This document shows, in pieces, positions 28,017-43,288 of a stretch of 64,000 bases of DNA. The DNA lies in contig OX597821.1 of NCBI GenBank assembly GCA_951406725.2, forward strand, positions 36,270,001 to 36,334,000, read 5' to 3'. The DNA is from Octopus vulgaris. Lineage: Eukaryota. Position 1 is the stretch's first letter; each line of letters opens with the position of its first letter. The translations under genes were made by a program, and so were the position numbers. The notes under the pieces were generated by a model. The model searched no databases and was not told the origin of the DNA. It saw only the letters and a program-made list of their open reading frames with translations.

Positions 28017-28873
28017 CACACACACATACATATATACATATACATATACATATACATATATATATATTTTTTTTTTTGGTACGTTTTTGGTCCCCTTAAG
28101 AAAACAGATAGAACTTGCTTTCTATATTATGTCCAAAAATGTTTTTTATCTCATTATACCTTTTATTATTTCATATATTTTTATATTTTCACACATAATA
28201 ATTTTTTCTGTACTCTTCCATCCTGCATTTTTTCCTGTGCCTATATAGACGTGTATATATATATTCATTTGTACACGTGTGTGAATATGTATGAGTGGGT
28301 AGTTTTAGATGTGTGCGTGTGCGCGGGCATAAGAATGCATATATATATAGACGTTTTTACTTAGTATTTTTACAATTTTTAAGGTTTTTTGGGGCATATG
28401 TATATTCATTTTTTGTGTATGCGTGTGTGTGTATGCGTATATAAACATGTGCGGGTATGTACATATATGGGCGTGTGTGTGTATGAGTGCATAAGGGCAT
28501 GTCCGTATATGAACATGGTTTTTACGCTTTGTATACTTCCTTATGTTTTTTTCTGTTACCTTTAACCATGTTTTTTCTTGTGCTTGTGCGTATATAGACG
28601 TATGTATGAACTTTTACGGTACGCGTGTATGTGTATGAGTTTGTATATATATGCGTGTACATTTGGCGAAAAATGCGAGTGAAGATGTGTACGTTTTCAT
28701 AGTGACGTATAAGTACGCACGTGGGTCCGCGAGCGCACATGTGAGTGTATGAGTAGCCATGTTTACGTGTTTACTATGAACTTTTAATCTTAATTTATAT
28801 AAGTAGCAGAATTATAACACAGTAATTTCCCTTTATATAACGGTATTTTTTCATAGCGTTTTTCAGATGGCCA

Positions 28874-28934
28874 GATAACCGAAGAGATGTAGTTGTGGAT
28901 TCCCACTTCGGCATCTGAAACTCAGAGTTTTATC
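28874..28934 (+). ncRNA. Type-I hammerhead motif (paralog of 27645)
   Basis: GATAA CCGAAGA GATG...CATC T GAAA CTC-A-GAG TT| TTATC, inside a ~147-bp direct repeat (27592-27738 vs 28820-28966). Confidence 0.6.
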
Positions 28935-29036
28935 TTGACTATTGAGTAATTGTAACATATTATTTTATAGATAAATTTCCTCTATTTTCATAATGTCGAG
29001 GTCCCTTTCTTTCTTTTGTTATCTTACCGTTTTTAT

Positions 29037-29092
<56 letters not shown>

Positions 29093-29439
29093 ATAATATA
29101 ATATTAATATAATATACATGTATGTATATATGTGTGTATGTATAGTAGAAACATACATCATTCTTTTTTTATATAAATATCGATTGACTATACATTGGAA
29201 GTGTAAAAAGAAACAGCATGCTTGAGTGAATAAAACTGAATATTATGCATTGGTCTATTTCTTTTGAACAAGCTGTTGCGCATTATCATGGAACTTTGAT
29301 CCAGTCAGCATTTCTGTATAAGATTTGACACTCGAATAGAGGATATGGTTAAGAAGTATAATCATATAATTTAATTTGTTTTGCTACCACGCCTCCCAAA
29401 ACTCTTCTTTATGCTGTGCTTTCTTTTTTTTTATATTTA

Positions 29440-30597
29440 CTAGCTGAATGACCCAGTGTTGCCCGGCTTACAACAGTAAGCCGGGCAACACTAGTTGTAA
29501 ATTAGTAAACAATAAATATGAAGATATACATTTTTCTCATAATTATTTTTAAATATTTATATTTTATTTTAGAAAATTCAAATCGTAATACTAATAGAAT
29601 TTAGAGCAGAAAATCAGTCAATCTTGAAGTACCTCGGGGTAAACAATATTCAATGTGTAACTTTTTGTCGGTGTTCAAATGAACAAAGTGTTGCTACTTC
29701 CAACTCGTGAACAAACAACATAGAGCTGGCCGTGGGAGAAGCATACAGTAGAGCGATCAAGTCCAACTACGTTGAGAGATTGACCCTGGGATTTGTTGAT
29801 TGAAATAGCAAAACTTAGTTTGACGGGAAACTGAAGCCTGTTAAATTAAAATCGAACATCTGTAGGTATGAGAGGAATTTTAAGAATGAAAACACTTTCT
29901 CCTTTGTGACAATCTGTTATGATTGCTGCCTGTAGGACACGGGGCTTCGAGGAAGTAACAATTAAGCGAGTTCCATTACGCAGGTGTTGTGGGTCAAGAA
30001 TGGAAATACCCAGCTTTATTGTAGATGTGTGTGTGTGTTTAATAACGTACCTAACAAACATGTAAACCCACGCACACACTCACAGACACGTACACATTAA
30101 TATACAAAATGTGACGACAGTCACATACATACAGTAAGATAGACACACGCAGACATACACAGCTTATCCCTTCATTGTTTTTGTCAGTCGTCACATATGT
30201 ATATGTATGTGTAGATGTGTGTGTGTGTTGCAAACATACGCATAGCTTTTCACTTCATTTGTTTGGTCAGTCGCCACATAACTATATGTATGTGTATATG
30301 TGTGTTTGTATGTTTAATGACGTACCTAACGCGGAATATCACATACACACACACTCACAGACACAAACACACTCTTATACAAAATGTGACGTTGTCGTCG
30401 TCGCCTAATAAAATGTCCTGTACTATAGTTACGAATAGAAAGATTATTATCTCTATAAAATGTTATAGTGTTTTAATGCAAATGAAAAAATTACATGTTC
30501 ACACTCGCAGGGTGTAATTTGATTTAATTTGGTTGAGCGGTTTGAGAATACATAGGGAACAGACAAACAGATAAAGAATTTTATAGCGAGAGAGAGA
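29440..30597 (-). mobile_element. Helitron remnant with PIF1-type helicase C-terminus
   Basis: Minus translation LRNGTRLIV...QFPVKLSFAISINKSQGQSL...CFSHGQLYVVCSRV at about 29620-30000. 3' hairpin plus CTAG|T at 29440-29443. Confidence 0.85.
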
Positions 30598-33048
30598 TTA
30601 TATATAGAAATTATATTGTCGCGTAATCTCGATTACAAATATAATGCGCATTGTGGAATAGAAGCGAGAGTTTTTCATCTACCAAAATAAAGACTTGCTT
30701 TCAAATTTCCTGTTTGTAGTTTGGTGACAACAAATTATTTTTCTACTATAGCTGTTTAGTAATAGATGAGCTTCTATCGAACACACAAGATCAAACACAT
30801 TTAACGTTGAACATTTTATTGCACATTCAAGCATTGTAAAGAAATATTTTATTCTGTAACTTCGTTTTGTTGGATATATTGGCTAATGTAGTCATTGATA
30901 TAATTGGCTTATATTTCTGGTAGGTCGAGCTGCCACTTAAATGTTCCGGTGTCAGCTTCAATTTCTGTAGTCTGGCGTTTCTTAATACCAACTAAAGAAG
31001 TAAGGATTGTTAGTTTCTCGCTAAAATATATCGTTATTTTTAGTCACCGACATGGTTAGGTGATTAAGAAATTCCCTTTACAAACTTTTGGTTCCATGTT
31101 GAGTCCCACCGTACTGCAATCTGGTTGTCTTCTGCTATAGCTTTGAGTTAATCTGGCGAATAGATCTTAATGGTTTTGCTTATGTCGTATCCGCTTATTA
31201 AGTAAATTTACATTTCGATAAATAGAATCGATAATATTAGTAGCGGAGTCTTTGTGATAGACTAAAATTCATAAAGGTAGTATATTCCCACTGTCACCAA
31301 CAAATGACTGAATTCAGAGAAGGCCTTTAGGTGCCTTTGGATAAACTAAGAAGTGGTTTACTGTTACTGACATTCAAGCCGGGATATGATCAACCCGGGC
31401 TGAGTCAACCGGGTGAGTGGGGTCTGATGCTGAAAGATCCAAAATATCTGGCAACCCCAGAAACATGTGAACGCCCATGAGATGTAGCGTAAGACTGAAA
31501 ATCTTATTATCACAAAATAATTTCTTCAGTCTCATATTGTTATAGAATCTTTTATCTCTGCTTGTCAAATCATTAACTCTCCTACTACTTTCTCTTTAAA
31601 ATAGTTCATTTTTTCCTTTTTCGTTTGTTTTTCTCCATGGATGTTCAATTTAACTGGAGAGGTTTTGCTTTGTAAGGATATAATCAACATCTATTGTACA
31701 GCGGAATTACTCCATCACACAGCCTGCTCTGATCTCCGACTAATTTAAAATGCTGTGTATAGTCAGAAATTTTACCCAGCGGTTTCGTACTTTAAATTCC
31801 AGATTCAGAATGAAGTCATAAATGTAGTATTTTTATCAGATATGTCAAGTGATTTACCTCCCTTTTCACCGGTTTTTGTTTAGTATAGCAACATTTCTCT
31901 CTTTGTTGTGTGTGTGAGAGGGTGAAGGATTATTTATTGTCGATGTAAAGGATACGCTGACAGTTCGAATATTCTCTCAAAACAGAACACAAAAGAAATT
32001 GCATCAAACAGTAAACTGATTTCGAATTTTGGCACAAGGCCAGCAATTTTCGGGGGAGTAAGTTGGTTACTTCTACCCCAGTACTCAACTGGTACTCAAT
32101 TTTATCAGTCCCGGAAGGATGAAATGCAAAGTCAACCTCGGCGGAAATTTAACTCAGATCGTTAAGACATTTTTCTTTTTCTTTTTTCTTGTTTCAGTCA
32201 TTAGACTGCGGCCATGCTGGGGCATCGCGACTGACGAAATGTTTCTGAGTATTTTTCCCGGCGTGTTAACGCTTCTGCAAACTTTCAGTCTAATCAGTAA
32301 ACTGTACTCATTAAATACTATAAAAATATTAAAATTAGAAAGAACCATAAAGTCATTTCAAATCCGTAAACAGGTAGCTAGGGACTAATATATTCGATTG
32401 TAAGTGTTCGCACTTTCAATTTGAGTTCCATGGTTCGAATTGTTCTTATGGCTGTGCAAGTGCGATACCCCTCCTCCAGTACACAATGAATATTTTTACC
32501 ACTTAATCACGAAACCACTAATAACTTTTAATGTTTTTCAGAACCTCCAAGACTGATCGGAAGAGGGAAAGAAATTATCCTTAATCCGGCAACATAGGTC
32601 AAATGTAACAGAGTTAATTCCACTAACAGCAGCCAAGAACAAGATGTTGGGGGTTAATCCGGCTTAAAAATTAAATCTCCCAACCAAAGAGCTAAGGATG
32701 TAATGAGCCAGAAGAAATGCCGTAAAACAACTTGTCCGATACACAAGCAAAACAACTCTCTGGACTGATGGTTTATTTTACCGACACTGAAAAATGAGAG
32801 GGGGAGTTGACTTGGGTAGGATTTAAAATCAGTATGCATAAAGACCGAAGAAAGACTTTATTTGTCCTATGCCCTATCAACTCAGCAAATTTGTAGCTTT
32901 ACAATCAAATAATACAAAACAATGTTTTACACCACGCAACACAATACAATACTGAAACGGAAAACAGAGTGCAGAGCATATATTCCACAAAAGTTTCTCA
33001 CAAAAATAGTTTGTTAATAATGGAAGCAAAATCCATTACACAGTTCAA

Positions 33049-33242
33049 GGCAGCGAGCTGGCAGAATCGTTAGCACACCGGCTAGATGCTTAGCGGCTTT
33101 TCGTCCGTCTTTACGTTCTGAGTTCAAATTCCGCCGAGTCGACTTTGCTTTCATCCTTTCAGGGTCAATTAAGTAAGTACCAGTCGATATAATCGATTTA
33201 TTCTCTTGCCTGAAACTGCTTATCTTGTGCCAAAATTTGAAA
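33049..33242 (+). mobile_element. SINE family A
   Basis: GGCAGCGAGCTGGCAG head and central core. Confidence 0.8.
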
Positions 33243-34024
33243 TTGATATGCATAGCACTGCACAACGCTAAGATAAATACATGAAGGTCACACATCAGTC
33301 CCAAACAAACACAGGTACATAAATGAGGAGGTGTTGGTTAAATCCACTCATATAAGGCTAGTGTAACCTACTATAAAGAGAACGTAGATTATCCCAACAT
33401 TACTTAGTTTACAAAGAAAAAAAATGAAGACCAAGAAAAGGTGAAGTTTAGATATTTTACTCTCCCAAACAAACGACCAGGTGCATACGAAAGCGTTGTT
33501 GTGAATTAAACAAACTTTTAGAACTATACAAATGTTTGTGACATATTTGACAAGTAAAAGGTGCCATTTTCTCTAAGGTTTGCAGCGGAAAATATTCTCG
33601 CTTTATGCAATAGAATTAAAACAAGAATAGTCATCTCAGGACCTCGCTATAAACTGATGAAGGAATTTCTAGCAAAAAGGCTATCATCAGCTATTATCAT
33701 TTGAGTGTATGAATGCGCGCGCACATAGGGGTTTGTGCTCGTATACATAAATCATTTTATCTTTTCCTTGTTTGAGTCAATGAACTGTGGCCAAGCTGTG
33801 GCAGTACCTTCAACTATTTCAGTCAAACAAATAGGCCCCTAGGACTTCTTTTATTCTTTTTACTTTTTTAAAACTATATTTCTTCTTCAATAGGACCCTT
33901 TTACCTGACAGCTATGTTACGGATGCTTAATCAAAGAACCAAAACCGCACCTGTTGTCAAAAGGCAATGGAGGTAGTGGAATATGACAAACACTGGCACA
34001 AATACATACACACATACACACCTA

Positions 34025-34067
<43 letters not shown>

Positions 34068-34072
34068 CATAT

Positions 34073-34975
<903 letters not shown>

Positions 34976-34978
34976 ATA

Positions 34979-35033
<55 letters not shown>

Positions 35034-35230
35034 GTTTATGATTTTAGAACTACCATTTTTGCTGATATATATACGCATATGTATAAAAATATGTGTCAAT
35101 ATATTATATATATATATATACATATGTATATATATATGCACATATATAACAAAGTGAAGTTGTAAGGAACCGCACGAGTAGAATTTTATACGAAAGAAGG
35201 TTTGAAAATGCAATTTTAAAAGATGTTTAT

Positions 35231-35276
35231 TTACTTGACCGGTTTCACTTTTTTAGATGAAGATTGTCAAAAGTAA
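35231..35276 (-). ncRNA. Hammerhead motif with compensatory U3-A8 core
   Basis: TTACTT TTGACAA T-CTT...AAG-T GAAA CCGG TC| AAGTAA. Perfect 6-bp stem I. Confidence 0.7.
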
Positions 35277-35529
35277 CATGTTAAAAGCTTTGTTGTGTTA
35301 GGTAGGTACTGGTTATCACAAAATATTACAATACATATGTACATTCTTTGATAATATATATATTTGAAAAACTTTATTTCGGCATAACTTCAAAATTCAA
35401 TATCAACGAACTATAAAAAGAAATACTTCGAAGAAATATACGTATTTAACTCAACTTCAATTTTGTATCACATATTGTTTCTTTTTTTTTCCTTCAGCAT
35501 ATTCCATTATCTCTTTAAAGAGCTACATA

Positions 35530-36024
<495 letters not shown>

Positions 36025-36464
36025 TATATATATATATACATACATATATATATATGTATATATGTATATGTACTTATGTACATGCATATATATGTGTATG
36101 TATATATGTACATATATATAATATAAGTATGTATATATGCATATGTATATATATATATGTGTGTATATATATATGTATATGTATACTTATGTATGTATAT
36201 ATACATATATATATGTATATATATATATATATATGTGTGTTTGTGTGTGAGAGAGTTGTTGAATCTTATTCATTGTATATGTATATATGCGTGTGTATTT
36301 GAGAGAGAGAGACAGTCAAAGATAGAGAGACAAATATTAAGAGATAACGGGAGAGAGAGAGAGAGACAACGTAATAGAGAGGGAAAGATACACAGCGTCA
36401 GTGTGTGCGTATATATATGCAGAATGAGAGGGAAAGAGTGAAGATAAGCGAGTGACAGATAGAC

Positions 36465-36510
<46 letters not shown>

Positions 36511-36747
36511 AGACAGTGGTGACTGTACATACATTTCACACAAGTATAACTGTACACGTATCATAATATTTAATCTTCACCCAAACAAATGAACACAAAC
36601 ACACACAGCACTGAGTTAACCCAGATATGAAAGTTTCTTTCAAAACCCCCACTGTTACTGTTCAATGTAGCATAGGGTAGTGACAATATTCCTTTCGCAA
36701 TACTTATTTGACAAAAAAAGTAATGGAATGCATTATATATATATATA

Positions 36748-36938
36748 TAAATTAGATAAAAAAACACCTTTTATCAATTCAAAAGGAACAATTAAATTAC
36801 ACCATCTAGAAAATTACATATAATAGAAAAATTAAAATTTAAATAACAATAAAATGTAAAGAATAAGTAAATTGCAAAAATAATAATAATAAAAACGTAT
36901 ATAATAAGTTTGGATTTTATTCCCTCAAATAATAATTA
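36748..36938. mobile_element. PLE-end fragment related to the 52235-52665 palindromic element
   Basis: Matches the left arm 52245-52400, then switches to the terminal TTGGATTTTATTCCCTCAAAT motif. Confidence 0.7.
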
Positions 36939-36943
36939 TTATA

Positions 36944-36979
<36 letters not shown>

Positions 36980-37216
36980 TGTATGTATGTATGTATGTAT
37001 GGATGGATGGATGGATGGATGGATGGATGGATGGATTTATGTGTGTGTGTGTGTGCGTGTGTGTGTACATACAAAGGGGTGGAGTAGATATAATGTAATT
37101 GTATTCTTAGTTTAACGGTGACTTTCGTTAGGTCATACAAACACATACTCAGGTAACTACTACGCCTATATCTATACATTTCCTCTTACACGCAAACACT
37201 AACTAACTCTTTCTCT

Positions 37217-37258
<42 letters not shown>

Positions 37259-37305
37259 TATATAAATATTCGCGTATATATACACACACACGTGCGCATA
37301 TAGAC

Positions 37306-37422
<117 letters not shown>

Positions 37423-37742
37423 TATATATATTTATGTATGTAACGTTGGACCATAGGAAGAGCATACCACTTTATCGGTCTAAATATAAGGTTGTATGTA
37501 AACAAAACATTATGCGTATCAGGTTCATATGCATACATAAATACAAAAATACATACATATATATACATATATACATTCATACACACACACACATAAGTAT
37601 TTATGCGTAAATATACATTATATAGGTACGCATACATATATGCATGTCTATATAAATATGTATATATGTATGTCTAGATAGGTAGGTAGATAGATAGATA
37701 GATAGATAGATACATACATACATACATACATACATACATACA

Positions 37743-37776
<34 letters not shown>

Positions 37777-38553
37777 CATACATATTCATACATATATATA
37801 TACACACATATGCACATGTATAAGCATATATGTGTATCTCTGTGTACGTTTGGGTGTGTAGATGCGTGATAATGTATACAGTTTTTAGAACTATTAGCAT
37901 AGATCTTATCTATTAACAAAAACAGAAGCTATGGTCAGTGAGTGTATGTGTAACGTGTGTTGATTTCATACCATTATTTACTGTGTCTCATTTATCTAAA
38001 TCTATGAACGTATAAGGAAGAACTTGCTGAAGTTACATAAATTTATGAAAGGCCAAAAACAAGGCTACTTTGTTTCATATGAGAGCATTTTAATGGTTGG
38101 CAAGCGTGAAAATGTTTTCGGAACTCACTTGAATTTCTTTGCGGTAGAACTCATCAAAAATTTCGTTTTTGTTTAAAATTTACTTATCATTCGTTAAGTT
38201 GTGAAGTTGCCGTGTATATTGTCTTTGCAGGCTCTTTAAGAACTCTGAGGCCGATGTTTAACATCTTCAGCGGTTGCAAGTCCTTCACTGCAGAAAAAGT
38301 ATGTGTCGGCATTATGGTGAACGCTATAACAAGGTGTAGCACTTTGCGCCTCGTCTAGAAGTGGGAGTGTAAAATAATAATATAAGGTTTATTATAAGTG
38401 AATATTTGGCAAGAAGTGTTTATCACATGCAGAGAAAACTAGTTGTGGGTGGCATATGTCCCATAACACTCATACAAATATACACATATGTGCACTCACA
38501 TACAGACACACATACACACATACCTTCTTGGTAATATATACATACATACATAC

Positions 38554-38601
<48 letters not shown>

Positions 38602-38605
<4 letters not shown>

Positions 38606-38783
38606 GGAAAGTTTACGAAAATAAACAAAAGATGAATGCAGGTGGAGTACAAACAAACAAATGTATTAGTATAGCGCTCAGGAATAGAAAAAGTATTTTA
38701 CGTTTCGAGCCTACGCTCTTCGACAGAGAGATACACAGAAAAAAAAAACAAGGAGAGAAAAAAATGCGTGTAGTAGCTAACGA

Positions 38784-38786
<3 letters not shown>
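38602..38786 (-). mobile_element. ~190-bp HHR-bearing element in (TA)n (copy 2)
   Basis: Paralog of 17951-18140. Confidence 0.8.
38695..38730 (-). ncRNA. Minimal hammerhead motif, A6U variant
   Basis: CTCT CTGTCGA A GAGC gtag GCTC GAAA CG TA| AAAT. Stem II perfect, stem I imperfect. Confidence 0.55.
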
Positions 38787-38839
<53 letters not shown>

Positions 38840-39125
38840 CATACATATACATACAAACCTAATAAGCAATGTGAAATAATGAATTACAAAAGAACTGGAG
38901 TAATGCATTCACTCCTTTCGACTCACCCCAAAATTCCAAGCCTTGTGCTTTTAATAGAAAAGGTTTTTAATTCGGCAGTTGAAAGTTTCGTTAGCACACC
39001 GAATAAAATATTTAACAACGTCCGTCGATAAGCATTTTTTATACAACGTTATGATTATATTTCTAAGTTGATTAATGAAAGAAATTGCGCAATCACAATA
39101 ATATTCCTTGATTAATTTAGAAGTT

Positions 39126-39543
39126 GGATCTTTTCGGTTTGAACGGCAGTTTTTAACATAATTTCTAGGTAACTAAAAAATTTTAAACTTCATATACTGG
39201 TAGAATGTGTTTATAAAGCATCTTTTTCTCTTGTCTTTATTGAGAAAATTCTATAGTTTGTAAGATATTTGTTGGGGTTTTTTTTTCAATTTCTGCAATC
39301 TCAACCAATTACTGACGTCTATTGAGGTAAAAAAAACATTCTGTGCCGTATGTTTAAGAAACAGATTGGGTTTATTTACATTTGTGAAGAAAAAAAGATA
39401 CCCTTCCCCCATCCCTAACCCTAACCCTAACCCAAACCCTAAAAGAGATTGAAATGCAATAGATCGATTCTAGGGTCATAATTATGGGTGACAATTTCAT
39501 ATGACACCGCTAGAAAAAACTGCCATTCAAACCGAAAAGATCC
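39126..39543. mobile_element. Merlin-type MITE with internal (CCCTAA)n, copy 2 (opposite orientation)
   Basis: Same TIRs as 22107. TSD (T/A)AGAAGTT. Confidence 0.85.
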
Positions 39544-39929
39544 AAGAAGTTAACTCTAATGATTAATCTTACTATTTTTATTGCTGTGAATTTAGCAAAG
39601 TGACGAGTTGACAAAATGATTAAAGAGCTTTGTAGTATTCTTCCGACTTCGTACGTTCTGAGTTCAAATTCCACCCTTTATCCTTTCAACGACAATCAAA
39701 TAAAATAACCCTCAAATAGCCTATCGGTGGTATCGGTTAACCATTGACACCTAAAAACTGCTATTATGTACCTAATTAGAAATGATTTTTAAGCGCGGTA
39801 GATTGGCAGAATCGTTAGCGGCATTATACCTGCTTTCAACTTTCAAATCTTGCCGAAGTCTAATTTACATTCTATCCTTTCGGGATCGATAATATAAAGT
39901 ATCAGTCAAGTACTGGTTCGGTGGTCTCT

Positions 39930-40231
39930 TGTTTATTCCTTGTCGACTCATGCCTGGCTCATAAGAGCCGGTTTCCCGGTTTCTTGGCGTATAGGTTCCC
40001 CACCTGGACGGGACGCCGGTCCGTCGCAGGTGAGCTGCAAGATGCAGGAGGAAAGAGTGAGAGAAAGTTGTGGCGAAAAAGTCAGCAGAAGTTCGCCATT
40101 ACCTTCTGCCGGAGCCGCCTGGAGCTTAGGAGTTTCGCTCATAAACACACACATCGCCCGGTCTGAGATTCGAACCCGCAATCCCTCGACCGCGAGCTCG
40201 CAGCTCTAACCACTAGGCCATGTGCCTCCAC
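39930..40231 (-). mobile_element. SINE family C (tRNA-derived head, probably Arg)
   Basis: Head GGAGGCACATGGCCTAGTGGTTAGAGC...GGGTTCGAATCTC. TSD GGTGGTCTCT. Confidence 0.9.
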
Positions 40232-40845
40232 GGTGGTCTCTACTCATCCCTTTACCTCAAAACTGTTCGCTTTGTGCTTAAGTCAGAAGCCTATTGTTGT
40301 TGCTTGACCCAACTGATCAAAGACATTCCAGCTATGTATCATTTCTTCTCAAGACCACGTCCGACGGTAAAGTGCTAAAGTGTTATTTGGGGAAATTTGG
40401 CTGATATTTCTAGATAGGTGACTACTTGGAGAAGTCTCCTCGTTACTTGGATTAATCTTGGTAGATGAGTGATAGAGAGAAAACAGAATCATTAGAAGGT
40501 TGGACTAAATTCCTGTTGGACTAAGTTTCCTGTTAGAACCTTTCTGACCGGAGTTCAAATTTCATCGCAATCGACTTTGCCGTCCTTCCTTTCGAGATCG
40601 GTAAAAAAAAAAAAATAAATAAATAGGTATCATTCAAGTACTAAAATCGATTTGATCAACTACACATTTCTCCGTAATGTGTGACCTTGCAACGAGTTAT
40701 TATTTATTATTAATACTATATATTAAGTGTAACTTTCATATCGCCCATTCTTCCGTTACAGACTACGTGTTGAGGCTTGCTTTAAGTGTATATGTTTTTG
40801 AAATGCGATCATATTTCTAAGTACTAACACATACACATACACACA

Positions 40846-40949
<104 letters not shown>

Positions 40950-41470
40950 TGTGTGTGAGTGAGTGTATTCATGAATGTAGGTATATATGTGTGTGTTTGT
41001 GTGTATTAAGACATCGGATATGTCTTTTTTAAAAGTGATCCTATTTCAAAAGCACATATATAATACATATAAGGGTGCAGACTTTACATTTACCGAAGAA
41101 ATTTAATATATATGCATTAACATGTACGTAATACTCGCTATGATACACATAGACAGGCATCGAGAACTGGATATTTTTGACATCGAAAGTCAATCATCTT
41201 TGCAACGCGTGGTCAGTAAAACCATTACGATTCATTAAGTGAAATAATAGACAAGGTCTTATTGTAAGAAAAGCAAATTATTTATTTTATCAAGTGGTTC
41301 ATCAATTGAACGAATTTCCAGTAAAAGAGTTTACGCAAACATGTGTTGTTAATGTTCTTGGGAGAATTGTGAACGTCATAAATTCTAAACAGGGCCGCTT
41401 TTACGCCAATTAAACTGAATTGTTCAAATTCGGCCCCGCACCAAGAGAGGGCCCAGAGCATACGCTTCAT

Positions 41471-41527
<57 letters not shown>

Positions 41528-41580
41528 AATATTAAATTTCTAAATCTCTCATAGAGATATGTACGGTGGTGGGGCGATAG

Positions 41581-41992
<412 letters not shown>

Positions 41993-42024
41993 CTGACAGA
42001 GAGAGGTAAGTCCCCAGCATACAT

Positions 42025-42080
42025 AGCCGGATCGTGATTTCGGATTTTGACGTAGACCATCTGAATCCTCGTCAACGGCT
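42025..42080 (-). ncRNA. Hammerhead motif, C3U variant
   Basis: AGCCG TTGACGA GGATT...AATCC GAAA TC-AC-GA TC| CGGCT. Perfect 5-bp stems I and II. Confidence 0.75.
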
Positions 42081-42335
42081 CTTAACGCCTTGGGTTAAAC
42101 TATCATTGTCAGTCTTATAAGAAAAAAACCGTTGAAAACGTGTACTGATTTCCGAAACGGTAAAATTGTAAACAACAAATTAAAAAGGCTGGCTTATTAG
42201 CAATTAAAGCCTAAAGGCAAATTTATAGTGGTTACAAAAGTGAGAGAGAGTAATGACTAGCACCGCTAGAGTTAAACTAACGCAAAGCCACAAACGCACT
42301 GTCTTAAGTGACTGACAAAGTGAGGTAATTGGCAT

Positions 42336-42640
42336 GTTTTTTTGTTCCTTCTCGAGCCATACCTGGATCATAAGAGCCGGTTTCCCGGTTTCTTGGCGTA
42401 TAGGTTCCCCACCTGGACGAGACGCCGGTCCATCGCAGGTGAGCTGCAAGATGCAGGAGGAAAGAGTAAGAGAAAGTTGTGGCGAAATAGTCAGCAGAAG
42501 TTCGCCATTACCTTCTGCTGGAGCCGCGTGGAGCTTAGGTGTTTCGCTCATAAACACACACATCGTCCGGTTTGAGATTCGAACCCGCGATCCCTCGACC
42601 GCGAGTCCGCTGCTATAACCACTAGGCCATGTGCCTCCAC
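42336..42640 (-). mobile_element. SINE family C
   Basis: Paralog of 39930-40231. 15-bp TSD T(G/A)AGGTAATTG(G/A)CAT. Confidence 0.9.
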
Positions 42641-42739
42641 TAAGGTAATTGACATACACTTGCAACGTTCGAAAATCAGAACACGTTTGCAACGGTTACC
42701 GACTAACAGAGGTAGTTGAGTTTAACTCGAGGCGTTAAG

Positions 42740-42796
42740 AACCGTTGAGGAGGATTAAGAAGGTCTACATGAAAATCCGAAAATCGCGATCTTGCT
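42740..42796 (+). ncRNA. Hammerhead motif, C3U variant (degenerate stem I)
   Basis: TTGAGGA GGATT...AATCC GAAA ATCGCGAT C. Confidence 0.5.
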
Positions 42797-42974
42797 ATGC
42801 ACGCAGTGGGACTTACCTCCCTTTGTCAGTCACTTAAGACTGTGCGTTTGTGACTTTGAGTAAGTTTAACTCCCATCTTTAGCAAAAGCGGTGCTAGTCA
42901 GTACCTTCTGTCACTTTTGTGACCTCTATTAATTTGGCCTTAAAGTTCTAAGTCCTAATAAGCCACCCTTTTTA

Positions 42975-43040
<66 letters not shown>

Positions 43041-43288
43041 ATAGATAAACTCCTAAAATTTAAAAACCTATTGAACAGCATAAACCCAAATATACAGTTC
43101 ACAATGGAATACAACCAAAAGGAGCTCCCGTTCTTGGATATACTAATTAAAAAAATTAACCTTAAAATAGAAACAGACATTTTTTACAAAGCCACAGACG
43201 CCAAACAATACCTTCTTTTAATTCATGCCACCCAAGACACACTAAAACAAACATCCCCTTCAACCTTGCAAGAAGGATATGCACAATA

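Larger units (their letters stand above)
41988..42976. mobile_element. Inverted/permuted pair of HHR-bearing ~320-bp PLE pLTR units
   Basis: 42660-42976 is a diverged reverse complement of 42178-42330 plus 41988-42170. Flanked by (TA)n. Confidence 0.7.

Noticed and set aside
33652-33690. Isolated CTGATGA (also at about 13708)
   Set aside because: No downstream stem II plus GAAA plus NUH arrangement.
40150-40231. tRNA gene (also 42560-42640 and 51015-51094)
   Set aside because: These are tRNA-derived SINE heads fused to SINE bodies (TSDs seen for two). No proper acceptor stem.
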